From positions 45,880,001 to 45,944,000 of the forward strand of contig CM060731.1 of the NCBI GenBank assembly GCA_030704615.1: DNA of 64,000 bases, read 5' to 3'. The DNA is from Takakia lepidozioides. Taxonomy: Eukaryota; Plantae; Bryophyta. The position numbers and the translations under genes were made by a program. The notes beneath the pieces are model-generated. The model saw nothing but the letters and a program-made list of their open reading frames with translations, had not been told where the DNA came from and ran no database searches. Shown here in pieces: positions 38,511-52,154 of the stretch. Each line of letters opens with the position of its first letter. The stretch's first letter is position 1.

Positions 38511-41500
38511 TTTCAATATCGTGTTTGAAGTGAAAGCAGGCCTCGACAACCTTTGTTTACAATATTATATTGAAATACGATTTTTGTATTTATAAATTAA
38601 AACAATATGCAAGTAGCTAATATTAATAGATTAACAAAAACATGTATATAACAAAAATTAGGAATAATGTAAGTACCAAGGGCTTAATTCAGGTGTGCAA
38701 TCTGATGGTACTTTCCTCGGATGCCGGTGGGCCTCTGTAGGTCCTCCCCACCCTCTAATTTTGGACACACTAACTTATCTGAATATTTTAGAGTCGAAAT
38801 GGATGTTGTATAGCTAAGTAGACTACTGGCAAGGCGATAGCGGTAACTTTGAGGTAGGTTTGATTCTGGATGGACGGTTGTGTCATCCCAATCCATGTGG
38901 TTTGTGTCACCCCAATGTTTGGTATAACTTCCTCTTAGTACAATTTATACTTAAGTCAGATTTCGTGACACCAAGTGAACAACACACCGATTGGAGTGAC
39001 ACTTCATTCCATATCACTCCGGTGTATGCTGTCATCTCGTTCCATGTCACTCCAATTTGTGTCACTCTCGAGAAGGGGTGGGGAAGATTTGACATGTCAA
39101 AACCAATGCACCTTGAAAGATCGCACTCGTGCATCCAGTTTTTATATTATATCTATTTATTTCATAAATAATGATTAAAATATATTATATATTATTAATA
39201 TAATATAAAAGTGGGACTGATGCCTAGTTAATCAAATTAATTTAAACCAATTGTATTTTTAAACCTCATTTAATCTCTATTTGAAAACATACATGTTATT
39301 TGAAAGTGCATGGTAGCACTGATCAAACTGTTTTTTATATTATAGATAAAATAACCATCAATCCTCTCACAATCTCTATTTGAACTTTTTCAGAATATAA
39401 CAAAAAACCTGAATGAACATCTTCTGTAAAATTTAAATACTAATTTATGATACAATAAAATTACGGATTTGCTGAATTACTGAAATATTGACTGAATATT
39501 GAAATATTTGTTGTAATACTTGCTGAAATATTTCAACATTACAACAAATATACTTGCTGAAGAACTTGGTTCGAATACTGAAATGTTGGCTGAAGTACTG
39601 AAATACCTACACTGCCAGACGTCAGCCCAAGTGTACTATTCTACGTGATGATGCACATCTAAGAGCATCCAATGCTCATCATACTTTGTGATCATCACAT
39701 TCCAACACACCGGCTTGGTGAAGCTTCCTTTTTGTTAGTAGATGACAAAGACAACCTAAATCTTGCAGCAAACACCACAATCCCACTTGCCACACACTAG
39801 TTCATATGTTGAATCACTCCCATGATTCTAGTAATGTGTTGGGGTAAAGAGCCCCTACTTTGAGAACCCTTTTAGCTACTTGCCATAGAAAAGCGGCAAT
39901 CTTAGCTTCCCCATATTACATGCCAGTTTTGATTACGAAAGCCATGATTTTCCAACATGTTTGCCACGGATTGTGCGCACTTAGAAAAACTCCTACTTGT
40001 GTTTTCCCTTCCGCTGCAGCACGGGTAGGAGATGAGCACTCTCTGATAAGGTATAGGTGTTACTGAGGGGAAGTATTGCAGCCCCTTCTTCTACACAACA
40101 CAGAAAGGTTCTTGTCGTTCCACTGTCTCTAGAAGGCTTTGATGAAGGGCCATATCTTAGCTAGGGCCTAAGTGGGGTATAGCAAACAATGTTCTTTGGA
40201 CTCAATGATCCCAGAGGAGCAACATGTACAAATGAGGGCGACATGATATTGTAAAATTTCCAGTAAAAACTCTGCAATGCATCTCTTTGTATCTTTTCTC
40301 TTTAACATAAGAACTTCACATTTTTATCCACAATATTTACCTCTTGTTTGGATCCATCAACCCAAAGGACCGCTTATGAGCACTAATTGTGTCCGTTGTC
40401 ATATGATCTCATATTGGTTTGTGAGAACCACCATGGTGCAACTTAGCAGCCATGGATCAAATACACGTTCTAAGACCAAGTTAACCCTTCACAGTACCTT
40501 GTAGATTAAAAAAAAATGTGGACACAACCACAATATCTCATTAGCACTGGGCTAAATATTGTTGCACGTTGTCCAGACATTAATTGGTGGGGCTATACTA
40601 AGATCAAACTTGGTTTTGGCACCAATGCCGTGTAGTCATTCCTAAGGGAGGGCCAATAAAAACTTGATAAGACTTTGTATTTGTCAATGAGTTATACCTT
40701 GACAACATTCTCAACATGTATGGGTATTGACTCCAAGGGATAAATTAGGTGTTTGTATACGCCGTATGCTTTAGGCTGTTACTGCTTTTCAAATTCTATG
40801 GTGGAGTTGGTTTGTCCATATGTTCTAGATACATGTTGTGAAGCCTACCGATAGCTCTAATACTCGATTATAGATATGTGTGTTATTTTTTCAGTTTTTG
40901 TCACCGTTGCGCATTATTATTTTTTGACCACGCGTTGTTTCAATGTCTGTTTTTCACATCCGGTCCCCAGCTTTTGGCATAATATCAGCATGAACTTTCT
41001 TACATTTTTTCCAGGGCTGCCAAATGCACACAAATTTGACCTATTTGGTCCAGCATCACCCTTCATTTACTGTTAGGTCTCTAAAGCCCTGGGGCATATA
41101 TATACCATACAACCGAAACGACAATTTTTGTGTTTTGTTGGCTCTGCCCAAGGCTGGATGACACATGAAAGGTTGTGAGAATTTCACGAATCAAAGTTTC
41201 ACAGAGCAATTAGCATTAAGCAAATTGTTTAGTAGACCAAACTTTTAAGGAGCCAATAGGTTGTGCTCGGGATGTTGGGATGAATGAAATTTATCTCAAT
41301 ATGTTGGATAAATTAATAAGAACATCCATGTTGGCATATTTTTTAGCTGTTTGTCCGTAAGACTAGGTACACCATCTTAGGCCCAACGGACAATTGAAGG
41401 AATATGTTTAATGACCACCCAGGTTATGCTACAACCATTGATAGGAACAAGGACACATCTCAAAGCCTAAACCAGTCGCTGGGAAGAAAGGTTTTTCGCC

Positions 41501-44500
41501 AATATCTCAAGGGGTTGCACATAGCCAGCCACAAGTGCCAAGTGACCCAATCTTTGGCCAACGTCATCCATGTCGGCGAAAGGGTCACATGGAACGAGGT
41601 CCTTAAGCGCCACAATTTTGGGGTTTCAAATGAGGTTGGTAAGAAGAGCTGTTGTTCCCCATGGTGGCAACCACATAGGCTGCATGACACACCAGTCGGG
41701 TTGGTACCCTTGCACATACCCCGGCCGACTAGCACATACCAGTACAACACTGTTTTGCACCTATCACAACGCATTTGAAAGGCAACAAAAGACAAAACAG
41801 AAAAATAAATAAATAAATAAAACTATCTTTCAAAACAAAGGCAATGACAAAAAAATGTCTGTCATGGTAAAAGGCAAAAAACAAATTGTCAAAAGAAAGG
41901 CACACATTACAAAACAAATATACAAATTACTGGTAATTATTAGTCAGCCTACTAGTAAGTCCAATTGGGGGAGACTCATCGAGTCATTGCTAGCTACCCT
42001 TCTTTTTCTTTCAAACCCTAAACCTCTCCTTCGTTCCTCTAATATTGGGTACACAAAAACAAAGACACGATCAACATTTTTGTGGCGAATTTTTGCCAAA
42101 AGGCTCCCCTTTTTTGGGGGCTCTTACCTCACTAAAGGAAAATGGAGGCATTTTTTTCTAGAGAGATGAACGAGAGGTCGTCGCCAGAAAACCCATATGA
42201 CTGCCATCGTGAACATGTTAAAATGTGCCACATCATTTAGCAATCTTTGTAGTGGTTCCAGCTCGTTTGTTTCACCATCTGGGGCGCTGGATGCATAGGT
42301 GGCCGCCGACACTACTTTTGAAAAATGAGAAAAAACACGTTGGACACGAATACATTAATATGACTGAATCTGAAGTTGGAGGAGTGGATAATGTATGGCT
42401 TCTAGAAGTAATTGAAGGGTGGGAAAGGAAAGATCCATGTCAACTTTCAATCAATTCTTTCTTTCTTTGGTTCAAAAAAAATCGTAGACTCGAGATGACA
42501 CCCAAAAGGTACAAGTGCTTAACTTAAGCTTGTGGCATTCTCCCAACCTTCGCAATGGGGAAGGAGATTTGACTGGCAGTCTGCCGGAGCTCCGGCAAGG
42601 GTCGTTGGGTAAGCGCAGTTTCTGTATAGGAAACTTCTAAAAGGCCTACTGAGTACCAAAGCTTGCACCCTTTTTTTATCTTTGTTTTCCACCCATAGTA
42701 TCTCTGGATTCTTGTCGGATTGACCTTTACCACACAACAATATTTTAGCTAATGGCAAGGGCTGCATCGGTAGCTCCCTCCAAGGGCTCCATTAGTGCCG
42801 CACCTCAATTGCCACGATGGAGCCCGCCCAAAAGGTCAGGTGGTTTCGAGATTTGGGATTCACACCGGAGTTGCGGCCAAAATGGGGACATGCCGGCATC
42901 ATGCCTTGGATGCCTCGCCCATTGCCCCAATCTTTGGTGGGGAACGGCGCTTCTGCACGGCCTGCAATGAATGCAGGCCGTGCAGGGTGGGTACCCCTTG
43001 GGCGGACCAATCGTCAAAGGGTGGCAACAAGCCATCTACAAAGGGTGGGAAGCAATCTTAGGGCACTGCAGAATTAGAGGTCTTGTAAGGAAAACCCTCT
43101 CCCAGGGCGTTTCCGTAGATGAATTCAATGGAAAAAAATGACGGACCTCCCAACTTGATTGACAACATTGGCACCATCGAGTTTTCACAACATTGAGAAG
43201 TGTTGATCAGACTGGTGTTTTTTTTCTGGCAAAAAATTACCAAATTTCGACCTTGGAAAATGGGTCAGCTACTTATATTTATGGGATAAAATCCAAAATT
43301 TCGCCAAAAAGCGCCAGTAGTTGAATATCAGGAGCTTAATTTTGCCAACATGGACCAGTTGTAACGTGCCACCTGGTATATAGCCACTTTTCTAGACATG
43401 TCATCTCGTCATTCTCCCCATATGGGCACCGGGTAAAATTCACATGTGGCCCCGCCCGCGATTTTGGAAAATGAAAAGAAAACACTGGATCACAGAGTAG
43501 AAGGTCAATCCTATACCTAGTTTAGGCCTACACTTTACACGCTAAAAGGTAAAAGAGAACAACTCTTCAATAAACAATTCCGTACATGATAAGACGTAAT
43601 GCAATATATCTCGTCTAGTACTTTTTGCCGAAACAAAAAGTGCTACCCAGATCTTTGTGGGTTCAAATCTGGCTACCACATTAGTAACATGGTGGATCCT
43701 TTTGCCCTGACACGCCTCCATTTCGGAGTTCTCCCAATTTTTTATGGAAAGATTACACACTCAATATTCCCCAACAAATCTTAAAGTCTTGGGAGTGTGC
43801 CACCTCTGGCAAATCCTGGCTGTCCAGTTTGGTGTGCTTATTATACATAAATGGTGATGAGGTGGCTTTTCGTGCCAGGGTTGAAACCAGTTTGGGGCCA
43901 ATTGCATAACAGCCGTACGACCCGTACATTCTCCCTCGCCACATTCCGGCCGGACCCACAATGGGCTATAATTCATAATAATCAAGTGGCGCCCATACCG
44001 GCGTGGTCATCACGCCACCTCCCATGCGCCTGCGCGCCAACTTGATTCTGTGTCCCCACGCCAAAAAGGGGCCAAAACGGTGGCCACATCCAACTAAAAA
44101 CAAGTGTGCGAACTCATCACAGCAGAGTTTGCAGAGAATTGTTGAGAGTTGAGGACCTCACACGTGTCCACCTCACACACCCACCGTAATCTAGTAGCAT
44201 GTCTCTTCTTCATGTCATCCATTTTGTCTTTTATAATGATAATGAAAATAATAATAAATTATCTGGAAGAAAGCACATTCAACTTAGGATGGGATAGTAC
44301 TTACAAAATTTGATAATGGTAATAGCTAATGAAATGTCAAAACTTTTGATGAATGGAATGTGGGTATGTGTCTTATAGTTGAAATGTTTGGAAGATGATT
44401 GTATTGTTTGGAGGGTGATAGATGATGGTGAGGCCGATAGATATACCGTAGTACCTTGGCAAGCTCAACAATCATATGTCGAATATTTGTTTTATTTTGA

Positions 44501-46519
44501 GAATTTCATTTCAACATATGGAATATTCTCAAAGATGCTTTATTATCATTCACAAAGTTACTCGATTTCAAAAAATCAATTTTCAAAATTTTCAACAATC
44601 TTTGAAATATTAAAATTTGTGTTGAAGTTGCCAAGGTACTAAGAAATGCGCTGGCAGCTCATGTAATTTCCAATATATTTTGTTTCTAGGAATTATTGGA
44701 ATCCATGAAGACCTTCATTTCAAGATTCAATTTTTTGTTGAAATTAGATGGGTCCTTCCGGCTTAGGCGCCCATATTGACTTTTCCTAATTTTAACCCCT
44801 AAACGATGAGGCGACCTGAATCAGGTCGATCCAGTTTTTCATCCATTCGTAGCGGGTGCAGATGATGTCGGATGAAGGCGAGCTCTGATGAAAAATCAAG
44901 CCCCCAAAATTCTCTACACAATGGGCTTTATAGCGCCCCCAAAGAGTAAAATATGTAGAGTAGTTTCATTCGGCCCAGTTAATTCTAGAGTGGTCCAGGA
45001 ATTAGCGTGGTCCAGGAATAAAAGAGGGGGCAATGTATTAAGGCCACTTGTATTATTTAATGAAATGAACGGTCCAAAAATTAAGGATGACTTTTTAGCG
45101 TGGGCTTTCTAGATAGTTCTAGTTCTAGCTGACTTTTTTAGATAGCTCTAGTTTCTAGATTCTTCTTCTAAAATGTCGGTCCGGTGAGAAGCAACTGACT
45201 AGTTGCTTGTAACTTGTGTCTTCAACATGCTGGCACATGCACTAGTAGCGTGTCTCACTAGTGGTTTGAGAGTCAGCTATTTTTGCAAGCATTGGGGTCC
45301 AGGATTTTGGGTGGTTTGCCGGCAGGTTGACCAGGTACATGGCAGGCACTGGCGGATTTAGCCTGCACATATTTGCAGCATGGGCGTTCTAGGAAAGGGT
45401 GGGGGGGGGGATTTGGGGGGGTGAGGAGGCGGGGTCTGCATGCCAACCCATCCATTTTCATCCATGTGCAAAATCAAACATCCAAAATGTAATTTTGGGA
45501 ATTTTTGGGAAATTCTTGGGCAGGGTAGTGTAGTTCTTGGCCTATGAGGGAAGACCATTGGAATTCCCAATTGGAGGTAAATTTGGGGTCCTTATGCGAC
45601 CTCAACCATTTCCTTTGCAAATTCACTCTTTTGACCCCCATTCCATTCACATACAAAGCACCTCCCCCTAGTTTTTGGCAGATTGGGGTGAAATTTGGTG
45701 TGAGGGTTTGGGATGATCTATTACATTAGTATATGGCTCAGATTCTCCCATGAAAATCTAGCAACATGGGTTTTTTGCTTGGTCAAATGTGAAGTTTCGG
45801 TTTGTTTTTTACATTTTGCATAACGTTGACCATGTTCAATTCTTATAATCTCCCAAACAAAACGGTGAAATCTCCCAAAATTTGGGGTGATTGTGCATCT
45901 GGTAGGTAGGGATGACTTCGAATGGTTCATCCACATGGATGAACAGGGGTAAGGCAGCTACAGGCTGACGAGTGAGGGTGGGTCCTGGTTGAGTGAAAAA
46001 AATCCAAAAACAGTCTCGTGGTTTAGGGGTTAAGAAGAGAAATGACACAATTAATCCTGGAAAGGGCTTCAGACACTTCAGTTGGATGTGCCTGGGAACA
46101 CGTCTGGGCTCTAATCTTTGGCTGTTTATTTGATGTGAAGAGGGAGGTGTATTTGTGTGCAAGGAGTGAAGACACATTTGGGCCAATCGTACAATACCCT
46201 ACAAATTCTTAGATTTGTTACCATGACCTTTGAGACATCGGACCCACCTAAATGTCGCTTTGTAATATTAATAATCCATATCAGGGTTTTTGTATGGCCG
46301 ACAATATCTGTCGTGTCATGAGCCTTTTAAGACGAATACACATGGACTAAGTTAGCTTGACTATGCAAATACTTAGTTTGTGTATCCACACGTAAAAGAG
46401 GTGACCAATCAACATCAAATATCACATAAAAGTGGTGAGAGTTGATCCCAATTCTTGGGGCTCCTTTGCATAGTTGACTAGTATACACTTGGCCACTCTG
46501 TAGATCATAGTCTTCCTAA

Positions 46520-46540
46520 TGTGTGTGTGTGTGTGTGTGT
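46520..46540. repeat. (TG)10 microsatellite
   Basis: Direct observation. Confidence 0.95.
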
Positions 46541-47308
46541 ATATTTATATTTATTTCGGAGGGTATATATAGATAAAAGAAGGGCATATTTTATATTATA
46601 AAGTAAGTGAAAGAAGTGAGCGTACGAATCATATCAAATACAATAATAACACATATTCATTGGACACCCAATACTACAATGTCAACCATAAATAAAATCT
46701 GATTTTTTCTACAGAATAAAAGCTTGGATAAAATGCTCTTGACAAACTTTAGGACCACTTTGTTGAATATTTACTTTGTAGAACAGAAATAAAACTGCAA
46801 AGACCTAGAGGGATCTTGACTCATGGAAGAAGAACATGGAAATCATATGTGGAAAATCTCCGGTATTGTGGGTAACAATAAAAATTCTGGAAAGGCGTTT
46901 TATAGCAAGTTATGGCAAAGTCTGGAAATGGTGGTATACTAGGCTTTGTGCTCATAAATCATGCATATCTTGTAGTAGAAAATTTCCTAAAAAGGGGTAT
47001 TGTCAGATTTTTATTTTTATTCTTAAAGAAAGGGGAGGTAGCCCTTGAGAACTTTATTAATAATTATCGAAGGGAAAAAATTAAACCCTTACATGGTCGC
47101 AGGCCGCCATAAGGCAAAGACTCACAAGAACCGTGACAGATGCGCCAAAGGATTTTGTGTTGTTTCTGATTATATCTTTTTCATATGAGTGCACCATGCA
47201 TATTAAAAACAAAACCTAACGTCTTTTTTGGCTTCTTGGAGTGTATTTTGACCTTTTTTTATTTTACTATCTTCAATATAGATATGTGGCCCCTTGTTCT
47301 CCCCAAGG

Positions 47309-47919
47309 GTCACCTCATCTCTTTGCTTACTTCCATGATGTGCCTTCTCCAAGTAACACCTCCCTCATGTAATGTACAATTTATGAAAAATAAATGGATA
47401 AATTCTCAAGGTTTATTATGGATGAAAGAGATTTCACTATTCACAAAGAAGAGCCATACGCGACTAGCCGCTTGTTTTTATCCTCTTGTGTGCTTGTGTG
47501 TGATCAAATTCCAAATACAAAATTATTTGAAAATTCGGTATTGTGTACAATTAATACTTTCAACTTTGTTCATTTACTGGTCGAGAAAGAAGGTTGCTAC
47601 AGTGAAGATGGTATAATTTGAGCTCTGGGTTTATTGTTGGTTTCATGAAGATAATTAGTACCATGTTTTGAAACGAAAAGAATTACTTTTCCTAAGTTGA
47701 AATTGCAACTGAAGATGGTCCTAGAAAGCTCTTATAAACAAGCGGCTAGTCGCATATGGCCCCTCTTTGTGAATAGTGGAATATACTTTCATCCATAATG
47801 AACCCTAAAAATTCACCCATTTATTTTTTCATAAGTTGTTCAATAACATAGATATAACATGAGGGAGGTCTTACCTAGAGAAGGCACATCGTGGAGGTAG
47901 TTTTCAGAGAAGAGGTGAC
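47309..47919. mobile_element. MITE/foldback-like long inverted repeat
   Basis: Arms 47309-47477 and 47736-47919 are diverged reverse complements (e.g. GCGACTAGCCGCTTGTTT / AAACAAGCGGCTAGTCGC and CACTATTCACAAAGA / TCTTTGTGAATAGTG), with a ~260-bp spacer. Confidence 0.75.
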
Positions 47920-49055
47920 ACCCGCACAACATAGGGTTAGCAATTTTGGACAATGAAGCCTGGTCACCTCTTTAGAATAAGAGGAGCCAGTAAATAAGTA
48001 TAACCTCATTATCTCGTAGTGTTGGTAGTCTCTGAGGTTCGGAGTACGACAATGACGTGCGATTGGGGCTGCTCATGAATGATGATAATACCTCCATCAC
48101 TAACCCCTCAACCTCGTCTAGCTACTGTAACTCCTAAATTACACAATTTGCTAATAATGAACTCCGTTTTTTGCAAATAAAATGTGAGTATGTGTCTAGA
48201 ATTGAAGTGTTTGGAAGCTGATTGTACTGTTTGGAAGGTCATAGATGGGCAAGCCTACCTTCATTTCTATAATTGTTTAAAACAAGAAATTTTGTTGGTT
48301 ATTGTAGATTCAGTATAGAATATCAACTTCCTAGGGCTGTACGGTTCAACATACTAAGAATGGGGGTGAAAATTTAAGAAAAAGATATAAAGAAAGAGAG
48401 TAAAGTTTGTTTAACGTCCAATGAGTTTTTACAAAGCCTACTGCTCAACACACAGCCCATCGAGGGGCCAATGGACGGTTGAAGGCACCTGTTGAAGGGT
48501 TGAACCCAGGATCACCAGGTTATACACAGGCAAGGCACAATTACCCGACCATTGGGCTTATGAAGAGTCAAAGGCACACCTAGCTTGACCTCCATGTCGA
48601 TGCACTTTAGACTAGGCACAATTAAATTCTGACACTTGTGTGATTATAATAAGCCCTACCCATAGTAAAGTTCCACGCAATCCGAATTCCAACCAATGGT
48701 GGACCTCCAACACAGCGGCTTCATGTGCATTCCAGGACCTTCTTGGCCTCAAAAACTCAAAAAGGTCTAGATGCACTTTACATACCGCAGTGAAAAAGGA
48801 GTAGGGGCATTTAATAACCTATTCCCCAGAGTGGTAGGCCACTGAGAGGCAGGGCTGTGTAGACTGTTCAATAGGTGGCGCTGATTATTGGACAATTTTC
48901 AATTTAGTTGTCAGGCCCCTCTGTCGAGTCTAAAAATACGTCACCCCAGCCGGCCCTAAGTGCCAATGGAAACTAGACAGCTGGCACAATTCCGGTGGTG
49001 CAAAGTAGTGGGCAGTCGATCACATGATCCTTCCTTCGGGAACTTTCCTGTGTGC

Positions 49056-49381
49056 TACGTGTAAAGATCTCATAGGGAGTAAAGTATTTCGGAGAAAGAT
49101 TAGGTCAGACGAGTTGGCGCTAGAATACAAAGAGTCGGGATTAGGGCAGTGATGAGGGCTCATGGGCCGGCTGCTGGTTCAACGCTGATGGGCCTTGTCT
49201 GACGTGTTTGGATACTTTGAGATATTCTTGGAAGAGGCCAAGAGCGATGAGGGCGTGGCGAGACGAATGAGGAGGTGACGACCACGACGCGTCGGGGAGA
49301 GTTGACGAGGAGGTGACAAGCCAGGGAGGCTGTTCGGCTGCGCATTGCGATGGCGCTCGGCAATGCGCAGGGGGCACGTGG
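49056..49381 (+). promoter_or_regulatory. ABRE/G-box-like motifs upstream of ABI3
   Basis: TACGTGT at 49056, GACGTGT at 49201 and CACGTGG at 49375 in a GC-rich proximal region. Short motifs, function untested. Confidence 0.35.
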
Positions 49382-49829
49382 TGCAGGATTCGGGCTGGCG
49401 ACAACGGAGAACCCATAACTTGGTTGCACAGTGTGCGGATTCCTGCCTGTGCTGCACTCACTGCAGAGACGATGTGCAGACATGGTTCCGAGTATGGAAG
49501 GAAAAAGTTTCTATAAACTGCGGATGTATGTATAGTGAAAAGGGCGAGTGTCTATCAGTGGGGCAGCGACAGGTGGTAGTGTTGTCAGGCACGGGTTTCT
49601 GACATGGAAGCTGAGGTCTGCGCTGCAGTTGCCGGTTTGTAGAGGGGGAGGGAGAGGGGGTACGGAGGGTCTGATGGATTGTAGAGAACTTACAATTGTA
49701 GGAGTGGGGGAGAGGGATGACAGCTGGGTGTGCTCGAGATGATGGGTGTTCACCTAGCAGTCTGGATCTGATCTCCGTTGGGGTGTGATTGAAGTGTGTG
49801 TGTCTGGGCGTTGATTGTGGTAGGGGAAG

Positions 49830-52154
49830 ATGTCGAGGATGGAGGTGCTGCAGCAGCATGGCGGAGGTGTAGGTGTAGGGAAGCTGGATTCACCGCGGGC
49901 TGTATTGGCAGGACCGAGTTGGACAGATCTGGCGTGTGCACTGGAGGATCTGAAGGAGTGTCAATCGCCATCGCTGGGGATGGACGGGGAGGAAGCTGGG
50001 GACTGGCTTCGAGATGATCCCATGGATGCGATGCTGCCTAGCTTGCCTTTCCCGGAGCCGATGCTGGAGGATGCAAGCAGTGGGGAGCTGTGTGCGCAGC
50101 TGGGGTCGTCAGGATCGCCTTCAGCTGGAGAATCTTCTGGGGAGGCACCTGCAGATCCCGCCTTGTCTTGCTTGCTGGATGGGAACATGCGTGCCATGTT
50201 CAAGAAAGTGATGGTGAATGAGGCCACTCTCAATCAAGCAGTTGAACGGCTAGGGGGTGGCGATAGAGGCCTCAAGTCTCTGTTGGGATACATTATGTTG
50301 TGGTTCAAGGAACGCAATGCCACAGATTGCTCAATGGCACAGTGTATGGAGCAGCTGCGCCCAAAGTTACCAACCGGTGACTTTTCTCCGGCTGCAGGCT
50401 ACAACAGCAGCTTTCCTGCGCTGTATGACGGAGGGCCAGGACACGTTTGCGATAGATATAATGGAGTCAGTCGGTTGAAGCGGCCCTTCTCGGCAGAGAT
50501 GGTGCACCAAGGCCCGGATGAGTTGCAGCACCACCGTTTCAAAAGCCGTCGGGTGTCTACGGGCGTGGATGCAGATAGTGTGGGTGCTTTTACTGCAAGA
50601 AACCTTTTGAACGCCGGGGCAGGGGGTGTGTGCCACCAATATTCTTCCCAGATTGAGTTGTCTGCCCTGAACTCGCTTGCGCATAATAGCAGCATGAACT
50701 GCGAGGAGGGGCGGCGGCACCAGCTCTCTTGCTTGCAGCCAGGATTAGGGTGTGGTCTAGGTGGTGCAAAGGTGTCCCCAGCTGCCACGACGCGGGCAGC
50801 ACGCAAGAGCCGCATGGCACGGCAACGGCAGTCCATGGCGCACCACCATGGGCGAAGCACCCCTCATGGTGGAGTGGGTTGCGGGGGATGGACTGTCCTG
50901 CCAAGTGGAGGAGACCTCAAGAATATGTCTCCATGCAACTCGCAGATGCAGCCTGCGACCAAAGGACAGGTATCAATCCTGGCATTATACATGAATGTGA
51001 TTGCCGGGGTTGTGGTGGTTGTTAGGCATGGCTAACGGGGTAAATGGTGATGCAGGGGCGGACTTTGGATACTCTGCTCTTTCTGCTGCAAAAAGAGCTG
51101 CGACCCAGTGATGTCGGCAATTTGGGCCGCATAGTTCTCCCCAAGGTCAGTGACCAGTGTCTGCAATCATTGGACAGAGATACTATGGGAGGGAATGAGG
51201 TTGAGTGTTTGACAGAAAATATGCTCTGCGTGGTGCAGAAAGAGGCAGAGAATCACTTGCCATATCTAGCAATGAGAGAAGGACTTTCCATTGCAATGGA
51301 GGATTTTGACACCAGCAGGGTCTGGAATTTTCGATACAGGTATGTTCTAGACCTGGTTCCTGTTTTTCCTGTTGCAAAGTATTGAAGATGGTGAAATGTG
51401 TTGCTGACATGGGAAAGAGCGGATGGTGGCAGGTTCTGGCCTAACAACAAGAGCCGTATGTATTTGTTGGAGGATACTGGTGAGCTGACTGCCTCACTGT
51501 TAGTGCTTGAGGCATGCATTAGAGCAGCAGGATTACCTCAGTTGCTCTGCTTGTGGAGGTTGGGCTGACGACAAATGGTCATGTGATTGCAGGAGAGTTT
51601 GTAAAAATGCACCATCTGGAAGAAGGCGACCTGCTCATCCTGTATAGAGATTTTCAGGGGAATTATGTAAGCATTCATAGTTTTGTCTTTACCTTCTTGT
51701 ATGACGGGCTGATTGTGGCTTTCCATGCTTTTCAGAAGAAACTAATGGGGGGAAATGAGGGGCACAGGTCCTGAGAGGCAAGAAGAATGTTCAACTGGAT
51801 GTAGCAAGCACTGGGGCTGGAACGGTACCCACCGACTCCCAAACTGGGACTGGAAGGGTGATTCAAGAGGGCAGTGTAAAAATGGAAGAAGTACAGGAAG
51901 AGGGATTCCAAGTATGTGCACCGGGAGTAGAGGTATGTCGGAAGGTAGAGCTAGAAGAAGCCGGGGAGGATCCATTTCTCAAGGATGTCATGCAGGGACT
52001 CGAGGATGAGACAAGCTTTGGGGGAGTAGGTTTGCAACCCTTGGAGCGCTTTCCAAGCCTGGAATCAGGTGACGTTTCTATAGATGAGATTTTGGGGTTG
52101 GCTGATGTGGGGCTTGTTGCTACTACGGTGCCTAAAGGTGAACCGGTTAGTTGA
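49830..52154 (+). CDS. ABI3: ABI3/VP1-like B3 transcription factor, 6 exons, 612 aa
   Basis: Exons 49830-50969, 51056-51145, 51239-51339, 51433-51479, 51593-51666, 51768-52154 (GT-AG, 1839 nt). B1-like [16 protein letters not shown]; B2 [18 protein letters not shown]; B3 [26 protein letters not shown]...[22 protein letters not shown]. The intron layout matches the ABI3 pattern. Confidence 0.95.

Noticed and set aside
39600-42800. Possible decayed minus-strand Cys-rich transposon gene
   Set aside because: Looks like eroded coding sequence, but no diagnostic motif could be identified.
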